Of a DNA stretch of 64,000 nucleotides, positions 12,945 through 24,991 are shown piece by piece (the first letter of the stretch is position 1; every line of letters begins with the position of its first letter). Made by a program: the position numbers and the translations under genes. The stretch comes from Trichosphaerium sp. ATCC 40318. Lineage: Eukaryota > Protista > Tubulinea. Location: contig JALMLS010000277.1 in NCBI GenBank assembly GCA_038496445.1, positions 248,001 through 312,000 of the forward strand, in the 5' to 3' direction. The notes under the pieces were generated by a model. That model saw nothing but the letters and a program-made list of their open reading frames with translations, did not search any database and had not been told where the DNA came from.

Positions 12945-15798
12945 ATGAGAGGCTTTGCGGTGCTCGCTATACTTGCAATAATTGCATGCGCCAACGCTGC
13001 GCCATCAGACTATATTTCTAAGAGTAACGCCAAAACCATCATCGATGCGGTCAACGAACAAAGAGATCAAAGTGGTAGTGCCTACAACGCCAATATCGGT
13101 GATACGCATTACGCAGTGAAAACTCACTCATATCTTGGCCAAGCGGTCCCTGACAAACAAAAACTTTGTCCTTTTGCCTTGGAGGGTACGTATACACTAT
13201 TAGATTCATACGCAAACGTATTTTGCCCAGTCATCAATTTATTTGCCAATTTGCGAAAACTTTCGCTCACCTCTGAGAACAGGTTTAAAAGGAGATATTG
13301 AATCTATTTACCACTCAGTCCAAGTAATTAAAGCGCTTGACTGTAAAGTCAAAGATGCACCAGCAAATGTAGCTAAGGTTGTGTCCGAAGCTGTTCAAGG
13401 AGAGTACGTAGCGTTTTTAACGCTACTTCGCTAATATTGCTTCCAGATCCCTCCTCGACTACTACCACGCTGTGTCAACTGTATACACCCTTGGAAAACA
13501 ACTTAAACTCAAGAAAAGAGATGTTCTCCCTGTCGCTTCCAACATTATGGTACAATTTTAGCATCGCTAAAAAACGCTCAAAAAAGCAAATTCAACTACA
13601 ACACCTTGCAAAAAGACGTGTTTTGACTGTGATTGACTGATGATGTCACAGGACCTCATGGATGGTGATCAAGGCACTTTCAAAAGAACACCACAACAAG
13701 ATGAGGGATCTGTATATTACGCAGGTAATTTTTGAGGCCAAACAAAGAGAATTAATTAATAAAAAACGTTTCCTGCTAGTTTTTGATAAAATATTTATTT
13801 TCTATTTAGGTCTTGCATACACAGCACTCTCTTTGATGTACAAGGATCTCGAACAAGATGAGAAAGACCAAGGTGCGTTTTTAGCAACGTGTCATTGGCT
13901 TTGGACGCCAAGACAGTGGCATTGTTAGTTTGGTCTTAAAAAGTCGTTAACATGTTTTGTTTTTAGTTTCTGGCGTTTTCGATCAAATCGATACACTATT
14001 GAGCTTAGCTGAAGAAGACAGCACCGATTCCGCTGCTAGCTTCTCTCACCAAGATAACACTGTGTCATCTCTTAAAACCACAAGCACTTTATTGCAAGGT
14101 GTTATGGATATCTCAAAAGCCCTCAGCAACGACGCTCCAATCTCTGAGGTGAGTATTATTTTATTAATCATATTTTTTCCGTGATTTAATCAACTGTCTA
14201 AATGTTTTTGTAGGATCTCATTGTTCAATTGGCACAATACTTCATTAACAACAAATACACTACCTCTATTTCTGAGGCTGCTGCTCTCACCAGTGGTTTG
14301 AAAAACTGTAACGGTAAACAACTCGCCAAACCTGTTGTTTTGAGCGTTGCCCGAGGAACTATCCACGTTTCATCAAAGGTATGTCCATATATAATTTAGT
14401 TTTATTAATAACGCTTTCCTAGGGTGAAGAAGGTTACGTACAAGTACGTGCCACTGATGTATTTGGTTCCCCAGTACCAGCCAAGGTATACCTTGTCAGC
14501 GCATACTCTGTACAAGACAAGTCCCAAAAACGCATCTTGAGCAACCAAGAAGTACAACCAGTTAAGGGTCAAAAAGGTCTTTTCTCTTTGAACTTCCTTG
14601 CTGCTAAGCCTGATCCTGGTGCTTATGTTATGGAATTCCGTGTTACACCAAAGAAGGTTCGTTTACATGGTTATATCCATTTTCGCTAATGTTGGTTAAA
14701 GGACTCCAAATGGCAAGCCGTTGAAGTTGAGAGAACTATTAAAGTTCAAACACAAATTACTGTTGATAAACCTACAATTTTGGTCACTGATACACCTTCC
14801 CCTACTGCTGGTGGTCGTACATTCGAGTATGTTATTAATTCTTGTTGTTTACCATTTGAGACGTGAATATTGATGTTTGTTTGATAGGCTCACAAAGGGC
14901 AAAACTTTGAAGGATATTGTTTCTGTATCATCAAACCAATTCTTGCACCTTCGTTTTAAAATCAGCAACAAGGCTTCTGGTCGTTCTATTCTCGTACACC
15001 AAGCATTTGTCAAGCTCACTAACGTAAAAACACAAGAGGTGCGTATTGCAGGAGATTTTTTTCGTAGCTTTTTTTTTTTTTTGGATTATGCTAATCTGTT
15101 TGGTTAGGAACAATACTTTGTTGCACGTGCTAGCAAGTCCAAACAATATGATGTCAAAATCGACATGGCCAAGCACGCCTCTAAATTCAACAACCGCGAC
15201 GGAAAGGTACGCTAGAAACTAATTATACTTTGGAATCTTGATTTTACTATTTCATTTCTAATATCTTTTTTAGTACGAAATGACTTTGATTGTCGGTGAC
15301 TCCTACATTGACAACTCCTTCCAATGGAAGGTCGCCACTGCTTCACTCTCCTTTGATGGGGAAGCCTCTGATGTCCCAAAAGCAACCGTAAAGGCTGTTC
15401 GCCCAGAGATTAAACATAAATTCGCTGTACCAGAAAAGAGAGCACCACGTTACCTCTCTGATGCCTTTACAGTCGCTGTATTGGTTCAACTCGCATTTTT
15501 ACTTGTTGGAGTACGTCTCAGAGCATTTTTTTTTGTTCACTTGTTGTCAAGAATTAATGTTTATTTTTAGTTCTTGGTTGTTGGTATTAACTTGCGTAAC
15601 TTCCCTCTCGGTTTGAACACCATTTTCGCTCTTGGCTTCCATGGATGTTTGGCAGCTTGGCTCGCTCTCTATGCCGCATACTGGCTTTACATTGACTTTT
15701 TCGAAGCTACACGTTACATGCTTGTTCTAGCGCCACTCACAGTTTTCTTTGGCCATAGAACACTCCGCTACATTGCTTCGCAAACAAAGAGAGATTAG
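12945..15798 (+). CDS. RPN2: Oligosaccharyltransferase subunit ribophorin II (Swp1)
   Basis: Signal peptide MRGFAVLAILAIIACANA; VHQAFVKL; LIVGDSYIDNSFQWKVA; RPEIKHKFAVPEKRAP; three C-terminal TM segments including FHGCLAAWLALYAAYW. Confidence 0.92.
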
Positions 15799-15988
15799 AA
15801 TAATTAGATCTCTCTAAAGAAAGAAAAAATAAGAAAAATCCTTTTTGTACAAGGCAACTAGCCTCCTTGTATTGGAGGTTCTACATTAAAAAGTTTTCGA
15901 GTTGTCATTATTTGTGGGGTTTTATTTTGTTTCTTTTTCCGAATATTCTTTGATAGTGACAATATTGTGGATAGAATTGTTATTTTAT

Positions 15989-16498
15989 TTAGTGTTTGAC
16001 GGTGGTTCTTGTAGTCCAAGCACATGCTGAATACCTCTTTTCTCCCTCTAAAGTTGAAGGGACTTTGCATGTAGCACTTCTTGTAAGGTAATTACGGTAA
16101 ACTCTTTTAGGGAGTGTGAGTCCAGAGCGCTTGACTGTTTTTTTGTATTTGAGCATCGTGGTTTTGTATTCGTTGCTTGTTGCTATTTCCTCGTGTTTGA
16201 CGTACATACAGTTGACATTGTAGTACGTAAAGCCGAGGTATGCATTAAACTTTACTTTGTATAGGTTGTACTTTGCAACGTCTTCGACATCCACGTATGT
16301 GCTAGGAGTATTTTTTACTCTTCCTCCAACAAATTTGAAGCCGTTTGCATCTGCAATATCTTTTGAGGCGTGTGCTGCTTTTAATTGATCTAATGTAGGG
16401 CATTTGAACAGTTTGTCTATGCAAGTGCGACCTTTTCCGCATTTAGTTGCTGCTATGCATACAATGCATAATAATACGAGAGTAGCAACCTTTATCAT
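15989..16498 (-). CDS. Intronless secreted cysteine-containing basic protein, 169 aa
   Basis: Single ORF with signal peptide MIKVATLVLLCIVCIAA and six Cys in the mature region (CP...VNCMY...TC...AC pattern). Confidence 0.65.
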   Translation of the reverse strand: MIKVATLVLLCIVCIAATKCGKGRTCIDKLFKCPTLDQLKAAHASKDIADANGFKFVGGRVKNTPSTYVDVEDVAKYNLYKVKFNAYLGFTYYNVNCMYVKHEEIATSNEYKTTMLKYKKTVKRSGLTLPKRVYRNYLTRSATCKVPSTLEGEKRYSACAWTTRTTVKH

Positions 16499-16758
16499 GA
16501 TACGGGAAGTTGTTGTTTACTTTGAGAGAAAAACTTCCTTTTCTGAGCATTAAGGTAACTTGGTTGTTGCATTCACAACTACGACGTTACATTCATAAAC
16601 TAATTGCACGATCGTAAAACAATTGCCTTGACTTAAGTTTAGGATTCACAATTCCTGACGTTCACAGGGTGTTCATACTTCGCTACATAACACGCTTGAG
16701 TCGCTTTAGCCCTCAGAATTCCAATTTTACTTATTAAAATTCTGCAGTTTGTTATCTG

Positions 16759-18742
16759 ATGGCGCACGTTGAATTCTACGACGTATGTACAAGCTACATA
16801 ACGTACAAACTTGTAAAGTAACGGTGTCTGTTCATTAGTTTTTGCGCGTTTCTCCAACAGCGACACAATCCGAGATAAAACGCGCATATTATAAACTAGC
16901 TCTAGAGTTACATCCTGATAGGAACCCTGCAGAGGTAGGTTGACGCGGGAACTTTTTTTTTTCAAATTTTAATTTTACGCGTAAATGAACGTCACTGACA
17001 GAACTGCAGGATGCTAAGGAAAAGTTTCAGCACCTCTCAAAGGTTTATTTTGTTCTAAGCGATCCAACGCGTAGGGAAGATTACAACAGGTTTGGTGAGC
17101 AAGATGACGACCTGGTACGGTACTTTTGATGATTAACGGGTTCGAATAAAACTTATTGTTAAATAGTTTAACGAACAAGCTGAAGAAGGCACTACAAGTA
17201 CGAAGCGCCACCTGTACTTATAAAAAAATTAACTGTTTGACAAGATGTCAATCCAAACTGGACGGTAGATGAGCTAGAAACGTTTTTAACAAAGATTGGT
17301 AAAGAATTGAAAGCAGAAGGTAATCATTCATCCACTTTAAAGAAAACCCCAAAAAATTATTCACGCGTGGCGCCTGTGATGCTTTGTTGACACTTGCTTA
17401 GATATACAAAAAATGCAGAATACAATGGAGTTCGAATCAAGTATGAATGGGTACAACAATCAATAACACAACGGTTTTTTTTCATTTTTTCAAAAATTTA
17501 CACAACTGTTAGGGCTAGCACTTATTCACCAAAAGTGCTTAAAGCTGAGATTAAAAGAGCCTGCAAGATTGGTGTTGTTGAATTTAGTGTGCCTAGAAAA
17601 GGTATAGCTGCTATTCCTGTTGAGATTGGAACTCTTGTACGTAACATAATCAAACATGCATTTTTTTGGTCTTTTTTTTATTGCTTTCATCAAATCGGTT
17701 TTGCCATGCCCTGTTCGTTTCTGTCATGCCCCAAAAGTATGCAGTAACAATAGTTAGTATGTTATTTTCTCCCTGTCATCTTTATCAGGTGTATATAGCA
17801 AGTTTTATGAAGGCACACTGTTAGAGATCTTATGTTGTATTTTTACTAAATTCGTTTGTTTAAGACAATGCTTACAAGGATCAATTTGGAGAATAATAAG
17901 TTGTCCTCGCTGCCAGAAGAGTTCTCTCAGTTGGAACATTTACAGCAGATTTGTCTAAGCACCAACTCGTTTACAGAAATTCCAGCTTGTATTTGTACGC
18001 AAAATCACTTGGATTTTTTTGGATTTTTCTTTCTTTACTTTGAACGTCATTTGAGCTTATTCATTTGAAGGTGGTATTCTATCATTACATGAGATAATAA
18101 TGGAGCATAATAAGGTTACAGAAATACCAGAAGAATTGGGTAATCTTAAGCTTTTACAGACACTTAAATTGTTTGGAAACAAGGTACTTATTGTTTAGTA
18201 TTGAGTTTAAATCTAAGAAATATTATTAGATTGAAGATGTTTCAAATGGTGTTCTAGAGTCTCTTCCACATTTAATAACACTTGATCTTACTTGTAATTA
18301 CTTAAAGAGTATACCAGATGCTCTTTACGATAAGAGAGGAGTAGTTGTTGATGAGAATGTCAAACCAGAAAGCAAATTTAAAAAGAAGAAAAGGTATTAT
18401 TTTGAACTTTCTTTAAAAACCCCGGGTTCTCAACCTGTTCTAAAAAGATTATCAATATTCTATCACGTGCATACTATCAGACACTAGAAACACCTTGTAG
18501 TTGCGCACAGGCAGTGATGTTGTTAAGCTTGTTGTCAGGAAGCTTCTTGTTTTTCTTCTTTATTTCTTTTTTTTCGTTTGTTGATTGTTTTTTGTAGGAA
18601 GCGTGTCACTACTAAAAGCAAAAGTAAAACGGAAACAAAACCGAAGGTACGTAAATTAAACTTGTACCCCACGTTTTTTTGTATTGACGTGGTATTGTAG
18701 AAACAAAAGACACGTGCAAAGAAAAAAACCACAAAAAAGTAG
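16759..18742 (+). CDS. J-domain (DnaJ) + leucine-rich repeat protein with basic C-terminal tail
   Basis: FYD|[30 protein letters not shown]...[25 protein letters not shown], then LRRs ([38 protein letters not shown]; [10 protein letters not shown]; [15 protein letters not shown]), then a Lys-rich tail. Confidence 0.8.
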
Positions 18743-18911
18743 ATGAATTTGTTTTTTGTTTACCGCTCGAGTATCTATGAATTTCTGAGTCTCATTTAAT
18801 CTTAAAGTAGCTAGTAAACTAGTGATTAACAACACGGGAAGTAAATAAAGACGAGTTTATGTAGATAAGAGAACGAGGCTCGTTTTTCTTTATTTTTTTT
18901 GTTTTTTTGCT

Positions 18912-19804
18912 TCAGTCTGATATGCTGATTTTTGTGTTGCATAATTGTCCCCATTCCTTAGTGATATCAAAAACTTCCGGTCCTTGAGGTGCTCTATCAA
19001 AATTGGACATGTGGCGAATATGTTTTGCTAAGCAGAACACGTGAGTAATTACGAAACGTTTTTTTTTGTCAAACCTCCAAAAAGTGTGGATTGTTGAATA
19101 ACAGGGTTGTTTCCTTGTGTTGTATCAAAGTACTCGCTATGCGTGGTACCATCACTATACGTCCAGTGATCCAAACTGGTACCATTTATGGTGATTGTGC
19201 CTACACGCGCTTTAAAAACTCGAGTTTTCTGTAAACCCTCTCGCTATAGACTCACCGGCGAAGTCGTACATGTCGTAGGTGTATGTTCGTAACTTACCAC
19301 CCAATGACTTTTTGGTACATTGAGGGCCAGTGGCGTAGTACATTATCGAGTAAAGCTCGCGCTAGTGTAATGATGAGCTTTAAAGAAACAGAAAGAAAAA
19401 TAACACAAAGTCAGCTGAAAACAGCTGAGAAGCCTTGTTTCCTCATTTTATTCACGTGCCTCATTGTAAAGGTACCAAAACTCACGTTTTTGGTTTGTGC
19501 CGTTTACAGTTTGAACATATTTCTCAGCATTTTGATCAGCGTCGTAGTACCTGAACGTAGATATGCTGTAAACAAAGAAGAAGTGACTTTGGCACAAAAA
19601 GAGAAAATTCTTCTTACCATTTTCCAGTGACTTGTACAAAGTTATCCCTAAGACTCGTTTGTTAGTCTGTTCAAAGTCACGTGATACGTACATCATGTCA
19701 AAATAGTCTGTTGAGAACGAATGAGGCCATAAAGGTGGTAAAGGGTCGCATAATGTACAAGAGACTATTGTGAGAAGAAATAAAGTAAGCGTGCTTTTGA
19801 TCAT
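18912..19804 (-). CDS. Secreted/lysosomal ependymin-related (EPDR/LolA-fold)-like protein
   Basis: Signal peptide, then PPLWPHSFS...GKWYYDADQNAEK...YLYNE|RELYSI...QCTKKSL...YDFAGTITINGTSLDHW...F...P..PEVFDI...C, which matches the EPDR-type pattern. Confidence 0.6.
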
Positions 19805-20583
19805 TTGAAAACCAAATATTTGAAAATGTTGTGTTACACAGATTGCTTAAATTGGCCCGGATGTTGACCACGTCAACTGAATCATACTCATCTATCCGTT
19901 GATGTGTTGATAAGCAAGAGAAACTGAAGCAAGAACGCCTGTGTAAATAAACAACAGCATCGTTAAAATATTTTAAAGTTGATAGGCGGAAAAAATTGAG
20001 ATCACACTTTTAAACAGTAAGTTAATTATGACAGTATAACGGCGTTTGATAAGTGAGAGGTAGTTGTTTAAGTACGGTAGTATCGTAAAACAACATCAGC
20101 AAGTAGCAGTTCTATACAATGGCAGATTACATAAGTCTTGATTACGGAACTGTTGAATACTTCAATTGATTTATGTAATTACATGTACAAGATAACTCCA
20201 ATTCAATAAATGGGAAGGGTCTCTGGCTACGTGATCCAGGGGATCGAAGCTGAGTGAGACGTATTCTGGTATTGTAGATCAACAAGAACGCCTGAATCTA
20301 ACAGACTTTATTGCGGAGTTTTTTAGCTGGCGGTTAACTGGCTACAGATTATTGTAGCCAAGACCACCTCTACACACTTAAGCTTCAATACACTAAATTT
20401 TAGTTTTGTTTCAAGATTTACATTGTGTTGAAGGAAAATTGTTCAAGTACTATGGTATAGAAAACGTGCACTGGTATTGAAGTATTTGATGGCATTTTAA
20501 ACTTAGAAAACTTTTTTATTACATTCACAGAACAATTTGATTTAGATTAAAACATTTTTTTTTTTTTTTTTCAACTTCAGTTC

Positions 20584-23579
20584 CTACCATTGGTTGTTAT
20601 TTTTTTGCCAACTGCATAGATCAGTCAATGGAGGTGTATCTCGCGTGTATCGCTCATCGAAATATCCTTGTAGCCCATTGTAGTCGCAGTTCTGTGCCAT
20701 CGCAATAACTCTGGCACACTTTGGGTTTTTGCACCAATCTTGCCAATACTCGATAAGAGCTTTGAACTCGTCTGTAGTATCACAAGGAGGTTCATCCCAC
20801 TTTACTTTGTTGAATAATTGAACAGAACCTGCCATACTGGCGGCATTCATCATGAACATGAACACACGTACAAGAGAAATCAAATCATAGTTTGCAATGT
20901 ATACGAATTTTTCATTTCTAGCACGTTGGACTTGAACCTCCTCACAAGCAAACTCAAGGGATCCACAAAAGTGCGCGTTGGTGTCAAATGGAACGGCTGT
21001 AGACCAGTCGGTGAGCACAAATTGATCACCAACAATCAAAATGTTAGATATACTCACATCTCTAAAAAAGAGATAAGTACAGCGCAGAAAAAAAAGTGAT
21101 TGGGTTATTACCTGTGAACATATTTAATCTCGTGCAACTTCTGGAGAATAGTCACCAAGTGCGAAAATGGGGGTGTGTGGCAAGACGGAATCATGTGATT
21201 CAGCTGAACGCCAACGGGCTCGGTGACAATGTAAAGTTGATCGTCATATATTCCTCTAGCACGCTAATAAAAAAGCTGTTAATAAACTTTGACAAAAAAA
21301 AAGGACGGACACGCACCACAACTGGAACAGCAGGAATATTATTAGCTGCTAGAAGTTCAAGAATCTCAGCTTCTTTTTCTCCCCATTCATTCATACCAGG
21401 CTTAAAGTGTTTTACAGCCATGGAGGTATTGCCATTTGTGACTTCGTAAACAGTAGCGGTGGCACCTATTCCAAGAATCTTGTGTGGTGCATTCGTTTTA
21501 CCAAGGATTGGAAACAAAGGTGACCCCCAACCAAGTTCTTTCGGCTTACAACTTAGAAAACAGCTTATGAGAGTTGTTCCAGGAGCATCAGGAGTGTTGT
21601 AAATGAAGTCAGGAGTCATAATATACTTATACTCATTAACGTTTTCTTGCCATTGTAAAGTCACAAATTTGACATATTTGTGATTAGATAGAATGCCTGT
21701 CATCTCTGTTCGTACTTTCTGTATTTTGAGTGTTTCTAAGAGGTAGTGCCTGAATGTAAAATGAGAAATTATCAACAGAACCAAAGAGATGCGTACATTA
21801 CTTGGCCTGTTGCACTAGATGTAAGGTTCCCAAAGCCTTGCTTAATTTCCCAAAAAGCTACCACCTAAGATAACAGAAGTTAGCTACAGCTTCATAATGA
21901 AGAGATGTACCTGATAACCTGCAATGCGTTGCCCTTGCCCTGCTTTTATATCTTTGGCTGTAAATGTGAGATCCGGTTTGTATGTTGTAGTATTCCCGCT
22001 TGCATGGGTATCATGGCAAGTAAGGTACGGCGGTTTTGATGCGACTACCTCCTTGTGTAGACTACTGTTTAAATTTACTTCAGGGAACTGACCCCACACC
22101 CCGTTTAGCGTATACACATTGTTGGAATACTTTCTTATCCCTTCTGCTACGCATACTGACTCTTCAATACAAGGTCTCTTCTTTGGTGGTCCGTTGTCCA
22201 AGTTATCAACCTTCGTTGGTGTCGACACTTTTGTACGTTTTGGCAGTTGTAACACCTGTTTGGCTTGTGGTGTGTCTGTCTTTGGCTTCTCAGTCTTGAC
22301 AAACAACAAGGATACCTCTGGTACCCCGCTAAAAAGGACAACGTTACGCTTTATAAAATCGAGTCGGGTGCCAGTGTCGACCGTAGCGCAAGTGTATACG
22401 TTTGTGTAGGCTAAGGTGTACAATTTAGAAACTCAAAGGTCAAAGAGAAAAAATAGGAGAAAAAACAAGCCGACATACCGTTTTGCATGACATCTGTAAA
22501 CACCCCGTGTTGGCCCATTGCTATGACACGTCGTGCATCTCTCTTTAAATCGAAGTTTTCTTCTTCTAGTATTCGTACTTTCACTTGTGTTTCTGCAATT
22601 TTCAATTCATTTACAACGCCTTTAGCTTTCACTTCCGCAAACTCCCTTTTAAACTCCCTTTTAAACTCTGCAAAAGCTGCCGAAAGGTTATTGAGTTTCT
22701 CTCGCTTTTGAGTTTGTTCTTCATTTGCATCGGCATTTGCAGCGGTAGCTTTGACCATCATATCTGCTTCATAAGCAACCTCGCCGCTTTGGGACATAGT
22801 ATTTACAACCACAACAGTTCTTGATGCATTCGCTAACTGCTCTCCTGCTGCTAGTGCATTAGCATTGTTACAAGGAAGCAACGGCCGTCTCGTTGGTTTA
22901 GGCGCAAACTCTGGCTGATTGGCGGGTTCAGGTTCGAGCGACGGGACACCACGTTGAGGAGCTGCGTCAATAATCAAGTGCAAGACAAGTTAAAATGCCC
23001 AATATTTACAGGGATTTAACACGTGCCTGCTTCACACCACAATATCACCCAAGCGAAATGGCATTTCTTAGTGCCCACCGAAAGCCTTGAAAGCATTTTA
23101 CTGTCGCACGCCACAGCGTCAGCCTTTAGAATCTTGTACGGTGTCTTTATCAGGTTCACTATACGGTATAAGCATGTAACAAAAAGTTGGAATGAAAATT
23201 AAAAAAATTCTGAGAAACTACCAATGAAACGGTTTAAACAAAACAATGACGAAACGAATGAAAGGAAGGGTGGTTACGTACAGGCCCGTTGTGTGTTTGT
23301 AATGGCTTTAGCAAGCCCATGTTTCGAAAGACCTTTAATATCGATGCCTAAAAAGCGAGCAACCCTGGAGAGTTTGTATTCCGAAACTTTACTACCGTTT
23401 AGGTACGCAAAAAGCTTCTTTAGCTCTGTCTGAGTGTTATCTAATATCACGTTACTAAAACACGAACAATAAACGCTCAAACGATAAAACTACACTGTAC
23501 CTGTCGGTTTCCTCTTCTTTTTGGCGACGGTTGTTGAGGAACCCTTCTTTTGACTCTTCTTGCCTCGATTAGAGCTCAT
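20584..23579 (-). CDS. Crinkler/FunK1-type effector-like protein: basic + HEH-like header, coiled coil, PD-(D/E)xK restriction-endonuclease-like domain, kinase
   Basis: HDTH...YKPDLTF...VVAFWEIKQG...GQ...Y...GILSN, followed by LGIGATATVY, AVKHF, IVTEPVG, HRDVSISNIL, LTDWSTA, GSLEFA, YDLISLV. Exons join in frame. Confidence 0.75.
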
Positions 23580-24178
23580 GAGGTGTAGAGGTGCCAATGT
23601 GGTGCTGGTTCACGTTGAATGATGACTTAAACGCCTGGAAAACGAGACAGATTAACAGAACGAGAAAAGAAATGACTTTTCTGTTCGGCTCTGAGAAGAA
23701 AAGTCTGAGTCTATCTCAAACGAGCAATGCAGCGATGAAAGATTTGAGCTTGAAACAATTGATTAACTGAATGAAGGCTATGAGAAAGCAGTAATACAAA
23801 CTCTCCAGGTTGCCGTCAGGCTCATCAATGCCAATACACACTTTCAACATACGTACGTATCTACTGCACGTTTCATTTTGTACAAATATTTAACGCTTGT
23901 TGTTGAGTTCTTAGAATTTGTTAAACCGAACGTTTTACTTTGAATTTGCTTTTCACACTTGATTGATTAGCGTACTATCATTTGTAGATCTTTTGCATCA
24001 ACTCCTGGGACATTAATTCGCCACAATTCTAACCACAAATACATCAAAATTGTGGTGTTAGTGGCAGGAAGTCAAGGAGTACACAGTGATTGACTTTCTC
24101 TACTAATGAGCGGCTTTGTTCATGTAGGATTGTTGTATAAACAGTCAGGTCACAAGTATGTGCTCCTGTGACTTCTTG

Positions 24179-24217
24179 TTGCCACTGTAATGTCACAAAT
24201 TTGACGTATTTGTGGTT
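24179..24217 (-). pseudogene. 39-bp relic of a paralogue of the adjacent REase-kinase gene
   Basis: 35/39 identical to 21647-21685. Encodes the same NHKYVKFVTLQWQ, with all four differences synonymous. Confidence 0.7.
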
Positions 24218-24405
24218 AGGATCATCTCCTTGGATTACCGTGGTGTAGATTAGCTGGGTCACTTGAATTGTGTTATGGCTCCATCTAAAAGTTATTTGAT
24301 TGTCTAATAAATATGGCTTGTGATGCAAATAGAACCAATTTTTTTTCAATAAATCTCAACGACTTCATATTTTTTCTTTTATTAGTCGTTTTGGGTATAA
24401 TATTA

Positions 24406-24767
24406 TCATCCAAAAAACTTGAACCTTTTCTTTTTCTTTTTTGTTTCTGTCTTTGCAGTAATTGTAGGTTCCTCTTCGAGCGGTGGGTCTTCTTTCAAGT
24501 AGTTGCCTGGTACTAAACCCGTCACTCCATCTTCCCTCATTACATTCCACCATCCAGATACGTCAAATTTTGTTACTAAGAGCTGCTCTCCCCTCTTCAT
24601 ATCTACAAAGGTGTAAGAATACCTACACTTAATTTATAATTAAACCAACGTAACTGAGTTCGTCTGGCGCTGCACTAGTGTAGTCATACTGCGCATAGTA
24701 CACCTTTTCTCCTTCCTAAAAGTTCAGTCACGTTTAAAATACAGCTCACTATTCGTACTGCAGTCAT
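24406..24767 (-). CDS. Small single-SH3-domain protein with polybasic C-terminus
   Basis: MTA|EGEKVYYAQYDYTSAAPDEL|NMKRGEQLLVTKFDVSGWWNVMREDGVTGLVPGNYL...KKKKKRFKFFG*. Confidence 0.85.
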
Positions 24768-24991
24768 CTTTACTTGCTTAAAAGATGTTAGTGATGACTT
24801 AATGGTTTTGGAAGCACAACTGTTGGTCATTAAACTCACACTTAAGGCACTAGTGTATTTTAACAGCGACTACTCTTGATTGCTCGTTCATCAACATGCT
24901 GGAAAAGGCGCTGTTCTCAGTGACAAGCCCAAAAAATTCGACTAAACTAAGTTGTTTATTTGAATTCATTACTTCCTAAAACAGAACAACA

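Noticed and set aside
20200-20380. Slightly GC-richer patch with hairpin TGGCTACA-GATTAT-TGTAGCCA as a possible ncRNA
   Set aside because: No recognisable snRNA, SRP, RNase P or tRNA motifs; an 8-bp stem is insufficient. An Infernal/Rfam scan would settle it.
20555-20571. Poly(A) tract just after the REase-kinase stop as a retroposition mark
   Set aside because: The gene retains introns, no target-site duplication is seen, and homopolymer tracts are common here.
24044-24349. 101-aa ORF as a real gene or SH3-REase fusion
   Set aside because: The SH3 gene stops at 24406. Only 13 codons resemble the kinase gene, and the ORF lacks a convincing start.
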